A DNA stretch of 63,377 bases, filler included, from Intoshia linei (Eukaryota > Animalia > Orthonectida): assembly GCA_001642005.1 (NCBI GenBank). It is 9 parts of 9 records of this genome, joined end to end, with 100 filler letters (N's around TTAATTAATTAA, not from the genome) between each part and the next. Parts side by side here need not be neighbours in the genome. Positions count along the whole stretch, not along the records: positions 49,096 to 56,498 come from LWCA01001558.1; positions 56,599 to 58,952 come from LWCA01002335.1; positions 59,053 to 60,143 come from LWCA01002812.1; positions 60,244 to 62,110 come from LWCA01002477.1; 5 more parts are not named here. One strand, written 5' to 3'. The position numbers were made by a program, and so were the translations under genes. Of the stretch, positions 51,061-62,210 are shown piece by piece (positions within the stretch are counted from its first letter, which is position 1; each line of letters begins with the position of its first letter). The notes below the pieces were generated by a model. That model was not told the DNA's origin. It saw only the letters and a program-made list of their open reading frames with translations, and made no database searches.

Positions 51061-51115
51061 AAAGATAGCAAAAAAAAATGCATTTGGTTTAGGACCAAAA
51101 GATAATTTCTTTTTA
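51059..51115 (+). tRNA. trnL1: mt tRNA-Leu (TAG), T-armless
   Basis: Acceptor AAAAAGA/TCTTTTT, anticodon arm TTTGG-TTTAGGA-CCAAA, and an 8-nt loop in place of the T-arm. Confidence 0.8.
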
Positions 51116-51171
51116 TCAATAATAGTTTATATAAAATAAAAGTTGTCTTCTTTAGAACATCAGTTATTGAT
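51116..51171 (+). tRNA. trnD: mt tRNA-Asp (GTC), T-armless
   Basis: Acceptor TCAATAA/TTATTGA and anticodon arm AAAG-TTGTCTT-CTTT. Confidence 0.7.
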
Positions 51172-51858
51172 ATTAAAACAGAATTTTTGTCTTTATATTA
51201 TTTTATAAATATATTTAATAGAAACATAGTTATAAAACATATAATTACTTTGATTTTTATTTATACTCTTATGTTTTTTATAATTTTCTGCATTATATTA
51301 TTTAGTTATATATATTTTAATAAAATATTTTATGTATTAAAAAATAAAGAACATATAATGATTGAATTATGTTCTTTTTTTCTTCCTTTATTTTTAGTAA
51401 TATACCTTAATTTTATTCTTATTGAAAGTTGTATTACAGAAATGTTATCTTCTATTAATAGAAATCCTATCATTATTAAAATTATTGGAAATCAATGATT
51501 TTGAACTTATGAATATGATTTATTTAATAGTGTTTTTAATTCTTATATAATTAGAAATGAAGAAATTAAAAGAGGAATAATACGTAATTTAGAAGTTGAT
51601 AATCGAATAGTTTTACCATATAATAAAATATGTAGCTTAATAATTACATCTAGAGATGTTATTCATTCATTTAGCATTCCTGGATTAGGAATTAAAATAG
51701 ATGCAATTCCAGGTCGATTAAATAATAGAATAATTTTTAGAAAATTACCTGGAGTTTTTTATGGACAATGTTCTGAACTATGTGGAATTGATCATAGATT
51801 TATACCAATTTGTTTAGAATTTATTTCAAGAGAACACTTTAATAAATTAAATAACTAA
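51172..51858 (+). CDS. cox2: Cytochrome c oxidase subunit II
   Basis: Open in table 5, with IGNQWFWTYEY, LEVDNR, DVIHSF, KMDAIPGRLN and GQCSELCGIDHSFMP. The ATT start is inferred and the stop is TAA. Confidence 0.97.
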
Positions 51859-51861
51859 AAA

Positions 51862-51926
51862 TAAAAAGAAACTAATTTATAGTTAAGAATTGTTAATTCT
51901 TATAAGTTTATATTAAACCTTTTTAG
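51862..51926 (+). tRNA. trnN: mt tRNA-Asn (GTT)
   Basis: Acceptor TAAAAAG/CTTTTTA, anticodon arm AAGAA-TTGTTAA-TTCTT, T-arm GTTTA/TAAAC. Confidence 0.8.
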
Positions 51927-51927
51927 T

Positions 51928-51982
51928 TTTAAAATAGTTTAAATAAAACATTATGTTGTGGTCATAAAAATATTTTTTAAAA
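51928..51982 (+). tRNA. trnH: mt tRNA-His (GTG), T-armless
   Basis: Anticodon arm TTATG-TTGTGGT-CATAA and acceptor TTTAAAA/TTTTAAA. Confidence 0.8.
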
Positions 51983-52672
51983 ATTATAGTAAGAATTTTT
52001 AGAGAATTTAGTTTAATATGAAATTTTTTTAATATAGTTTTACCTTTATTTTTAATAATGATATTTTTTATTGTGTTAAATTTATTTAATGTTAAAATAA
52101 AAAATATTAGAATGTTAATAAATATATTCAAAATGTTTTTTAAAAATTTCAAAAATAAAAAATTTGGGTTTTTAAGAATTTTATTTATTCCTGTTTTTTT
52201 CTTAATTATTTACAGTAATTTTTTTACATTAATTTTACCACACACACCAAAAATATCAACACAAATGTTTTTTACTTTTTCTGTATCTTTATTATTTTGA
52301 TTAATAATAATAATTTCTCAGATTACTAAAAGATTTTCATTATTTATTCAACATAATATTCCTAGAGGATCACCTCTTTTTCTTTCAATTATTTTATTTT
52401 TAATTGAAAATTTAAGTAATTTAATTCGTCCATTAACATTAAGATTTCGAATTTGTGCTATTACTTCAGGAGCAAATATTATTATAAATTTAACTGCTTC
52501 TATAATACTTTCATTTCTTCCTATTTTTAATTTTAAAGCTTTTAATTTTCTTGTTTTTGGAATTTTATTTATTGTTTTAATTTTATTATTTTTATATGAT
52601 GTAATAGTTTGTTTAGTTCAGGGTTATATTTTTGTAAGTTTATTAAATAATTATTCTGAAGAACATAATTAA
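51983..52672 (+). CDS. atp6: ATP synthase subunit a
   Basis: Open 229 codons in table 5, with HNIPSGSP, LIENLSNLIRPLTLSFR and VQGYIF. Confidence 0.93.
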
Positions 52673-52679
52673 TTAAAGA

Positions 52680-52955
52680 ATTTTATTATCTTTTGTATTA
52701 TTATTATTTTTTACAATACTATTAATAATAATAGATTATTTAAAAATATTACCTTTAATTATATTAGTAGAAATATTGGGTTTAATATTATTATTATCTT
52801 TTTTTATAATAATAAAATCAATAAAAACAATTTCTTATGAATTAGGTGTTTATTTTTTATGAATTTTTGTCTGTGAAAGTTGTATTATACTTACTTTTTT
52901 TGTTCTGTTTTTTCGAAAAAAAAATTTAAGTTTTTTATCTATTTTTAATCTTTAA
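52680..52955 (+). CDS. nad4L: NADH dehydrogenase subunit 4L
   Basis: 91-aa hydrophobic ORF in table 5 with LIMLVE and IFVCESC motifs. Confidence 0.8.
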
Positions 52956-53005
52956 AATTGAAAAAACACAACTTCTAATTGTGTAAAGATGAAAATCCAG
53001 TTTTT
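52954..53005 (+). tRNA. trnS1: mt tRNA-Ser (TCT), D-armless
   Basis: Anticodon arm CACAA-CTTCTAA-TTGTG, acceptor AAAATTG/CAGTTTT, and no D-arm. Confidence 0.75.
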
Positions 53006-53060
53006 AGAATTTTAATTTATGAAAAATATTTAATTTGCTATTAAAAAAAAATAATTCTAT
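53005..53060 (+). tRNA. trnA: mt tRNA-Ala (TGC), T-armless
   Basis: Acceptor TAGAATT/AATTCTA and anticodon arm TTTAA-TTTGCTA-TTAAA. Confidence 0.75.
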
Positions 53061-53114
53061 TACTTTAGTATAAAAAAATATAAGTATTTTCCAAATATGA
53101 GATTTTAAGTAATA
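53059..53114 (+). tRNA. trnG: mt tRNA-Gly (TCC), T-armless
   Basis: Acceptor ATTACTT/AAGTAAT and anticodon arm GTAT-TTTCCAA-ATAT. Confidence 0.75.
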
Positions 53115-53891
53115 ATTCGAATTTATTCCTTTTTAAGAAAAAGACCATTTCCAATTATATTATCAATAAGAGCTTTTTTAACAATAATATCTTTTATTAT
53201 TTTTATAAAAAGTATAATAAGATATTTATTATTATTAAATTTTTTATTATTACTATTTATTATTTTTTTATGGGGTAATTCTGTACTATCTGAGTATCTT
53301 TATTTGGGTTTTTATGATTTAAATTTTTATAAATGTGTAAAAATAGGTATATTGTTTTTTATTTTTTCGGAGATTATGTTTTTTATGAGATTTTTTTCTT
53401 CTTTCTTGTTTTTTTCTTTAACACAAAAATTAGAATTTGGTTTAAAATGATTTTGTTTAGAAGAGTTTAAAGTAAATTTTATAAGAATTCCAATACTTAA
53501 TACTCTTATTTTATTATACAGGGGTTTTATTTTAACATTAGCACATATGAAAATTATTTTAATAAAAAAAAGTAATAAAATTTTAATTTTTTTAACTCTT
53601 TTATTAGGATTTTTGTTTTTATTATTACAATTATATGAATATAAAGAAAGTGTTTTTTGTTTAAATGACTCTGTTTTTGGAAATTGTTTTTTTCTTTACA
53701 CATCATTTCATGGATTTCATGTTTTAATTGGATTTTCATTATTATTTATTTCTTTTTTATTTTCAATAAAAAGATTTTTTAGAAATAAAAAATTAGTTTA
53801 TTTTGAAATATCTGCTTGATATTGACATTTTGTTGATGTAGTTTGATTGTTTTTATTTTTTCTTCTTTATACTTGAAATATAACTTTTTAA
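53112..53891 (+). CDS. cox3: Cytochrome c oxidase subunit III
   Basis: Motifs SPFP, FIFSEIMFF, PMLNTLILL, TSFHGFHVLIG and WYWHFVDVVWLFL in table 5. Confidence 0.96.
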
Positions 53892-53894
53892 AAA

Positions 53895-54785
53895 ATAATC
53901 ATTTTATTTAGAAAAATTAGTATTTTAATAATAGCAATATTAACATCAATTGTTTTTTTCAGAAAAACTTGATATGAAATTTTTATTTTAAGTGAAATTA
54001 ATATATTATGTTTTTTATTTATTATATGAATTTATAATTTTAAAAAAAGCATGGAATTAGTTATAACTTATTTATTATTACAAAGTATTTCCACTATTAT
54101 GTTTTTTACATTAATATTTAATATAAGAAATTATTCTATTGAAATAATAAATTTACTATTATTAATTATAATTTTAAAAATAGGAATATTTCCTTTTATA
54201 TTTTGAATATTAAATTTAATAAAAAATATAAATTCTAAATTATTTATTATACTCATAACATTTCAAAAAATTATTCCTTTAAAGATATTATTTTTATTAA
54301 TGGAAAATAGAAATTTTAAAAATAATACTATTTTTATGATTTATTTAATAGTATTTTCAATTATGTTTTTTTCTTTTGTTGGATTTTTTAATAAAAATAT
54401 TTATAGCACAATATTTTATTCTTCTCTTCATTTTATGAGTTTTTATATATTAGTAATAGCATTTTCTCAAAAATATAATTTATTATTTATCATTAGTTAT
54501 ATATTATATTTCATATTTTTTATGAGAATACTTAATAATAATATATTAGAATTAAGCAATTATAATAAAAATTTCAGTAAAAATAGGTTTTTTTTAAACA
54601 TAATAATTTATATAGGTTTTCCACCTATAATGCTTTTTTTTGTAAAATTTATTTTACTATTATTAATTTATAAGTATTTATCATTTTTTTTTACTTTTTT
54701 AATTATTATTAGTTTTATTTTAATAATAAAATTATATCTTAATATTATTTTATGAAAATATTATACTTTAATAAATATAAAATAG
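53895..54785 (+). CDS. nad2: NADH dehydrogenase subunit 2
   Basis: Motifs SKTW..SEIN, YLLLQS, LKMGMFPFMFW, MTFQKIIP and GFPPMMLFFVK, ending in TAG. Confidence 0.9.
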
Positions 54786-54787
54786 TA

Positions 54788-56458
54788 ATAATAAAAATTT
54801 TTTTGAGATTATTTTTAAATATGTGAATATTAATGTTTATTTTTATTATTTTTTTTTATAATAATATATTAATTATTATTACTTTCATATCCAATAATAT
54901 TTTCTCTATTGATTTAAATATAAGAATATATTTAACAAATATAAAAATATTATTTATTTTTACTGTTTTTTTTATTAGTATGAATGTAAAAAAATTTAGT
55001 TTTATATATATGGGTGGAAATAATAAAATAAATATGTTTTTTTATAAATTTCTTTATTTATTTATTTTTTCAATGATTTTTATAATTATAAATTCCAATA
55101 TTTATATATTTTTTATTGGATGGGATGGTTTAGGTATTACTTCTTTTTTTCTTATTTTTTTTTATTTAAGAGATAGAAGTACAAGAAAAAGAATGATAAC
55201 TAATTTAAGAAATCGTGCTGGTGATTGTTTTTTAATTTGTTCAATAGTTTTGTTAATAATAAATAATAGTAATATTAATTATTTTACTAGTGGAATTGGA
55301 TTCACAGTTATTTTGTTTTTTATTATAAGAAGTATTACTAAAAGATCTCAATTTCCTTTTATTTCTTGATTACCATTTGCAATAGCTGCTCCTACTCCAG
55401 TTTCAACTTTAGTACATTCAAGAACTTTAGTTACTGCTGGTGTTTTTATACTTCTTAATTTATTTCCAGAATCCTTCTTTCAAAACATATTTGAGATTCC
55501 TTTTTTAAATCAAATTTTATTATTATTAAGAATTCTTACTGTTTTAATTTCTTCCTTATTTGCTATATGTTCTTCAGATTTAAAAAAAATTATTGCGTAT
55601 TCAACAATAAATCATTTAAGAATTATATGTATTTTATTATCTTTGGGTATAAACAGAATTTGTTTTTTACATCTATTAGTCCATGCTTTTTTTAAATCTA
55701 CAATATTTTTATCTTTTGGTATTATAATAATTAAAAATTATCATTCTTTGGATTATCGAAGTATGTTATTAAAAAATCAATATAATAGTATTTCCGCTAA
55801 TTTAATAAAAATCAGAATTTTATCTTTAAACGGTCTTTTTTTATTATCTGGGTTTTTTTCTAAAGAAAAAATATTCCATATAGGCTATAATAAAACCAGT
55901 ATTTTATTAATAATATTTATTTTTTGATTAATCATTTTATGTTCTTTTATTTATTCTATTCAATTAATATTATTAATTAATAATTCTATGATTATTAGAA
56001 ATATGTTTTTTTCTAATTTAAGCATAAATAATTATTTTATTTTTATTTTACAAAGATTGGCTTCTATCTTTTTTGGTTATATTTTTGTAAGGAAAATATT
56101 TTATGAATTTTTTTTTAATAATATTTTAAGTAAAATAGAATTAACAATAATTTTAAGAAATATTTTTATTTCTTTTTTATTAATATTATTATTAGTAAAA
56201 AACAATATTTTCAAAAAAATAAGAATTTTAATAAATATTAATTATTTATTAGATTTTTTCTTGATAAAAATTGTAATAAAAACATTTAATAATAATAAAT
56301 ATATGTATTTCATAGAAGGAGGAATAAATAAAAAATATTTTGAATATTTTTTGATTGAATTAAAATTAAATAAATTTAATACAATAATAATAAAGAAAAA
56401 AAACATAAATTGAATAATTTTGCTTATAAATACCTTAATTTTTATTGTTTTTATTTAA
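54788..56458 (+). CDS. nad5: NADH dehydrogenase subunit 5
   Basis: Motifs GWDGLGITSFFLI, NRAGD, TKSSQFPF.SWLP.AMAAPTPVSTLVHSSTLVTAG, DLKKIIAYST and HAFFKS. Continuous in table 5. Confidence 0.97.
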
Positions 56459-56598
56459 TACTTGTTTATTTCCATATAATAAATAATTAAGAAAAAAANN
56501 NNNNNNNNNNNNNNNNNNNNNNNNNNNNNNNNNNNNNNNNNNTTAATTAATTAANNNNNNNNNNNNNNNNNNNNNNNNNNNNNNNNNNNNNNNNNNNN

Positions 56599-56800
56599 AT
56601 AATTAAAAGTTGATGAATATTTGGAAACAAATTAGAATTGCAGCTTTCGATTTATTGTATGATAGTGGTCTTTGAATTATCTTTTTTTCTTTCATCTAGA
56701 ATATTCTGCTTTGAGATCTTTATCTAATGATATGCATGGTAGAAATAATTCATATTTTTCTGCGAATTCTTTCAAATCTTCAAAATGATTTGTTTTGAAA
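56599..56800 (-). mobile_element. Degenerate hAT transposase C-terminal fragment
   Basis: LKAEYSR(W)KKK...CNSNLFPNIHQLLI, the lead-in to the hAT dimerisation domain (ZNF862/PRKRIR-like), with stops. Confidence 0.5.
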
Positions 56801-57930
56801 TAATAAGAAAAATTTTTTTTAAAAAATTTAGGGGTGCAACTGCACCTTTTGCACCCTTAAATCCACCCCTAGGTTGTAATTATTATCATATTGAAAGTGA
56901 AATGGTATAATCTTAAAATAACAAAAGATATAACCATATTGACAATTTTTCAGTTGATAGGCCAATGTTCGTTTTTACAAATATCTTTTTATTTCCTTCG
57001 TGTTTATTTTTTTATGTTTTATCAGTTTATATCTTTTTAAGGCAATATTATATGAAATATTTATAAATTATTTTTTATTTATCATGTCTAATTTGGTTTT
57101 GGCCGTTAATGGGTTAACTATACATGTGTGGCCAAAATAATGTCTTCTTTATTTCCTGAAAACATTTTGTAATACCTGGATGAGAGTAACACAGAGAGTC
57201 ATGTTAATGTTTTAATACATGTAATCTATCGTTATTAGGCACGAGATACAAGTTATAATTGTTTTGGAGAACATAAAGAATACAATTTTCTACATGTAAT
57301 AATTTTTTCAATTTAAATTACTTATTTGTTTCCGGAATGGCAGAAACACCTTCATTTAAAACTTGTAAAATATCAACGGTCCGCTGTTAATGTAACGAAC
57401 TAATGAAATCCTGAAATAAAATTTCGTTAATTTTTGAGTCACGCGATCAAACGTTTCAGAATTTAGTTTCAGAAATATCTGTTAACTACGTCCTTATCTC
57501 ACTATTGCATCTATTCCAAAACCTCAATCAATTAAATATTCACAAGAATCACCAAAAAACAGATTTTCAAATTTTATTATATTTTTTATGCGTAACATCG
57601 TAACGGTTTTTAACTGTAAATGTACGTTTGTAGTATTTACTTATATGTAAAATAGTGCAAATAGCCATGTTGCACGCTATCAAACACTCACTTTAAGTCT
57701 ATCTATGATTATGAGTCTTGGATATTATTTCCTGTAGGTCACTAAAATTGAAATATTTACATTTTATTTGCTAGAGAATGGCTCATAAATGTAATCATTA
57801 TCAAATATCGTTCGATTTTTTGAATCGCTAGCTAGATATTTTCAGCGCCACGGGGGATACATCGCATACTTTTGGAAATACTAATATACAGGATACCACA
57901 CTATACAAACTAGGGGCCTATTATATACAT

Positions 57931-58231
57931 CAGTGGTTCCAAAACCTATTGTGTACACCGCCCACTCTTCGACGATGTATTCTACCAGGGCCCCAAAATA
58001 ATAGTATTCCTTTTATAAGATTAAAATTCATTTATATTAACATTATTAAATTAACAATTATGTAAATTAAATGAATGACAAGGTTATTACAATATAATTA
58101 AACATTAACATTTAAACATTGTGTAAAATAAAATAATTGTAATAATTCTCAGTTATCATTCATTTTTTTTCAATCGCCCTTAGATATTCTCATCCCACCT
58201 AGGGGCCATATCGACCACTTTGGAACCACTC
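57931..58231. mobile_element. hAT MITE (TSD not retained)
   Basis: Inverted ends CAGTGGTTCCAAA / TTTGGAACCACTC. Confidence 0.55.
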
Positions 58232-59052
58232 GTCTAATAGAAGGTAGGTAGTAAAAAGTAGATAATGCTTATGATAAGGCAAATTTACAACCACACTAAA
58301 TACTCTTTCAATTACAATGAGTGCAATTAACACAAATCCAATCATTTTACCTTATTTAGGTATTTTCTATTAATATATATATAGGAAAGGTGGCTCGCTA
58401 TGCATGCCCCTGAAATTGTTCCTAATAGTTTTTCTTGATAATTAATTATTAGAGGACCATAAAACATTTTATAGATTTTTAAACAATAATACATAATAAA
58501 TATGTATTTACAAAATATATATAAATACTAAAATGATTTTTTAAGCGTGAAGTCGTCATTTATTCGGATTGAAATTTTTTGTGTTAACAGGATTCAAGTG
58601 TACTACCTAGTGATTGTACCGGAAAAAAACCGGGACAATTGCTAAAATTGCCGGGATATTTAATAATTTTCGGGAATTAAATTTCCCGGGATTTCCCGAA
58701 AAAAATTGAGACATACCTTTATTTGATTTGTGCTTGTTATTACTATGAAAATATGATTATATTATAATATTTAAAATTTACTATTTCAAAAATCCCACCA
58801 CTAATAAAATTTAATCAAAAATACCATTTCAAGCCCTCATGGAAAAATTGACTTACACCGATATTCTTTTCATCATATCGATTTTACGAAATGCTATGAA
58901 AAAAATCCACTTCATCAAACCACAAATAAAAATCTAATTTTCCAGTTTTTAANNNNNNNNNNNNNNNNNNNNNNNNNNNNNNNNNNNNNNNNNNNNTTAA
59001 TTAATTAANNNNNNNNNNNNNNNNNNNNNNNNNNNNNNNNNNNNNNNNNNNN

Positions 59053-59540
59053 GAAAAAAAGTTCAATCTAGATGGTTCCGATTACTACAATTATTACTGG
59101 CATGACACTTACGCCATGATGGTATATAATGTGTTGTCAAAGTAGATGGTAATAAACTCTATCAAGTCCCAAACAGTTATAGAGCATAACCTCACACCTC
59201 TCCTTTCTCACAACGAAAATTTAAAAAAAAATTTGATCTATCAACAAGACAATGCAAGTTGTCACAAATCTAGGTCGACAAAATTATTTTTAAATAATCA
59301 TTTTTTTAATATTATGGACTGGCCTGCTGTGTCTCCAGATCTAAACCCTATAGAAAATATTTGGGGTATAATAGTTCGATGTCTCTATAATAGAAATAAA
59401 CAATATAACAATATTAATGAACTAAAAAAAGCCGTAATAGATTCATGGGAGGACATTTTGGATAAAACGTTTTTAAAACTATCAGATTCTGTAAAAAATC
59501 GTGCAATCGAATAATTAAAGGTTGGAGGAAAGTCAATTAT
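59053..59540 (+). mobile_element. Tc1/Tc3-like DD34E transposase fragment
   Basis: EKKFNLDGSD..YYWHD, then QQDNASCH..WPAVSPDLNPIENIWG with 34 residues between D and E. Internally deleted. Confidence 0.9.
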
Positions 59541-60243
59541 TGAAAAAAATATTCATGTAGCATATAGTCATTATAATTAATAAAGGGATACATTTAAACT
59601 AGCAGTAACATTTTGAGCAGTAGTTATGTTGATTTTTAGCAGTAACTTTACTAAATTAATAGTAGAATTTCTTAAACTAGCAGTTACCGCGTAAACCAAT
59701 ATTATCGTTAAATTAAGCATGCTGATTGATAATTACGAAAGTAATTCTTCGTTTGAAGATATTGTGCCAATTACTACACAAACCAATACGGTTGTATCAG
59801 ACTATACTTTTGTCAAAAACTTTAATGACCATGAACTATCAACTTTTTTTAAAAATAATGAATCTTGGAGTATCTCATATATGTAATAATATTTTGATCA
59901 TTATTTTATAAACATTTAGAAATAAAACAACTCTCGGTAAATAAAAAATTTACTATGGGTGTACTAAAGATGGAAAGACAAGGAAGTCTGATGAATATAA
60001 ATCAAGAATATACATGATACATTATTTGACTTTTTTTAAAGTTAAATATTATATAAATAATGTCCCTCATGACCATTTAGGAATTTCATATGGTATAAAT
60101 GTCGAAATAAAATCTGCAATAAAAGACATTTACAATGAAGGTTNNNNNNNNNNNNNNNNNNNNNNNNNNNNNNNNNNNNNNNNNNNNTTAATTAATTAAN
60201 NNNNNNNNNNNNNNNNNNNNNNNNNNNNNNNNNNNNNNNNNNN

Positions 60244-60348
60244 TCATCTGTAGTTTCTGGACTTAAACCTCCAATGAATAGTTTTCTAGGTTGTTCAATC
60301 TAAAGTGTTATATTTTATCAGAAATTTACTTGTTACTTTATGAATCAT
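60244..60348 (-). CDS. hnRNP A/B / Musashi-type RRM protein, 5' end
   Basis: ATG exon MIHK (60348-60337), a 37-nt intron, then IEQPRKLFIGGLSPETTD (RNP2), cut by the contig end. Confidence 0.75.
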
Positions 60349-60650
60349 ATTATTTAAACGTATAAAACTTTTACTTTTATAATGAAAGTACGATTAAAAA
60401 TTAAATATATCAAAAAGTTCGGTTAATATGTATCTTAGTAATAGGTATTTGTAAATACATAATAATGTAATAAATGTTTATTTATATTGGTAAAGAATAG
60501 TATATATTGTGAATTGCAAATTGCAATGCATTCATCATAAGTGTATTGCCAACTGAATTAATGTGCAATACAACATTAATTTGTTATACTCAAATTGATT
60601 ACGTTTAAATATATTTTATCTAATATGATCAATACTTTGATTAAGTGGAA

Positions 60651-60722
60651 GCCGGGTTAGCTCAGTGGGAGAGCGTTAGACTGAAGATCTACAGGTCCGT
60701 GGTTCGATCCCGCGATTCGGCA
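60651..60722 (+). tRNA. Nuclear tRNA-Phe (GAA)
   Basis: Canonical cloverleaf with A-box TAGCTCAGTGG, anticodon loop CT-GAA-GA and B-box GGTTCGATCC. No encoded CCA. Confidence 0.97.
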
Positions 60723-60731
60723 TTTTTTTTT
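60723..60731 (+). terminator. Pol III oligo-T terminator
   Basis: T9 run immediately after the tRNA discriminator base. Confidence 0.75.
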
Positions 60732-61518
60732 ATTTTAGTTATTATACTTTTCGACAATGCAAACTGGTTTTATGATCTTTATCAACCATAACAAATATTT
60801 TATTTTTAGATTTAATATAACAACATTTTGAATATATACGAGAACGATAGAAATCACATAGAACAGAGTTTCTTAACCGGGTGCTGGAAGAACTATTAAT
60901 ATTATTTAAATTGACTAAAAAATTTAATAAAAAAATGAAATTAATTATAATTTTAAATTGGAATACACATTGTATAATTTATTTTACCTTATCAGTCAAA
61001 TAAATAAATATTTAATAATATTTAATTCATTTTTATTATTTATAGTACTATGTACTATTGTTACATATAATACATATGGTAATATAATTTGTTATTTATT
61101 ATGTTTGATATTAAAAGGGTTTTTATAAAACTGTCAATAAAATACGCCTTTTGAGTTTAATTTTAAGGTACACAACTGGAAATAATTGGTCGGACTAACG
61201 GGGTGCTAAATTTAAAAAAGGTTAAAAATCTTTGACAGAATAAGGTGTAACTATTTTTCAATCAGAATTTTTATCAACTCTTTTGAGATAAATGAGATAT
61301 AAAATAATTATTTTTATTTAATATAATAAATTATATATATACAGGCTAATTCCTCGTTGACGGAAAATAATCCTGATTAACGGACTGGATTTTTCTGAAA
61401 TACAAAAAACGTTAAATTTTAAGTTAATATGACCGGCATCATAATTATATTAAAAGCTATTTCGGTTTAAATTAAAAGCTTTAAACAAGAAAACATTTTA
61501 GTTTCTTTTTGATTAATG

Positions 61519-61910
61519 ACTAGCTTTACTGTTATGTACTTCGTACAAACAGCATCCTAGCTCTACCGGGGCGGACATTTTTATTCTACCAGATAAATAA
61601 ATTCTATAAGAAAATTTAACCTATAAATGATACTATTCACTATTATCAATCATTTAAATTTTAATGTGAACTATTTCACGTTAAATTTATTTTGTTAACA
61701 TTTGTTTTCAGAATTTTAAAAAAAATGTCATTTATTTTTTTAATAATATAATATAGTATAATATAAAAAATAAAGTAAAAAATGTCATAAATAGCATAAA
61801 TTCCAAAAAAATAAAATTGTAAAAACTTATTTTGTCATTTTCAATGATTGACATCACTGATAATATAATATATTCAGTACCAATTTAATAAATAATTAGA
61901 AATATCAATT
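61519..61910 (-). mobile_element. Helitron-like element, 3' part
   Basis: The minus strand ends GCTGTTTGTAC-GAA-GTACATAACAG-TAAAG-CTAG|T, and the internal part matches 13750-13820. Confidence 0.6.
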
Positions 61911-62210
61911 TTTTAATGAATAATTACACATTCATTTTTATAAAAGTAAAAAATAATAATAATGGTTAATTATTAATTATATGAAATGAAATGCAAATAT
62001 ATGGTAAGACGTAAGAAATAAATTTAAAGTCGAAAATTTTTATTTGTTCTTATTAGGGTGTCAACATTTTACATTTTTTTTAGATTTTGCTTGCCGCTCA
62101 AGGCTAATTCNNNNNNNNNNNNNNNNNNNNNNNNNNNNNNNNNNNNNNNNNNNNTTAATTAATTAANNNNNNNNNNNNNNNNNNNNNNNNNNNNNNNNNN
62201 NNNNNNNNNN

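Noticed and set aside
51187-56413. Fragmented mitochondrial genes as listed in the ORF track, and antisense ORFs 51913-52152 and 53554-53739
   Set aside because: The breaks are TGA = Trp codons. The antisense ORFs are shadows of T-rich coding strands.
49096-56498. Large NUMT inserted in nuclear DNA
   Set aside because: It is bounded on both sides by artificial linkers and all six protein genes are intact in table 5. There is no nuclear junction.
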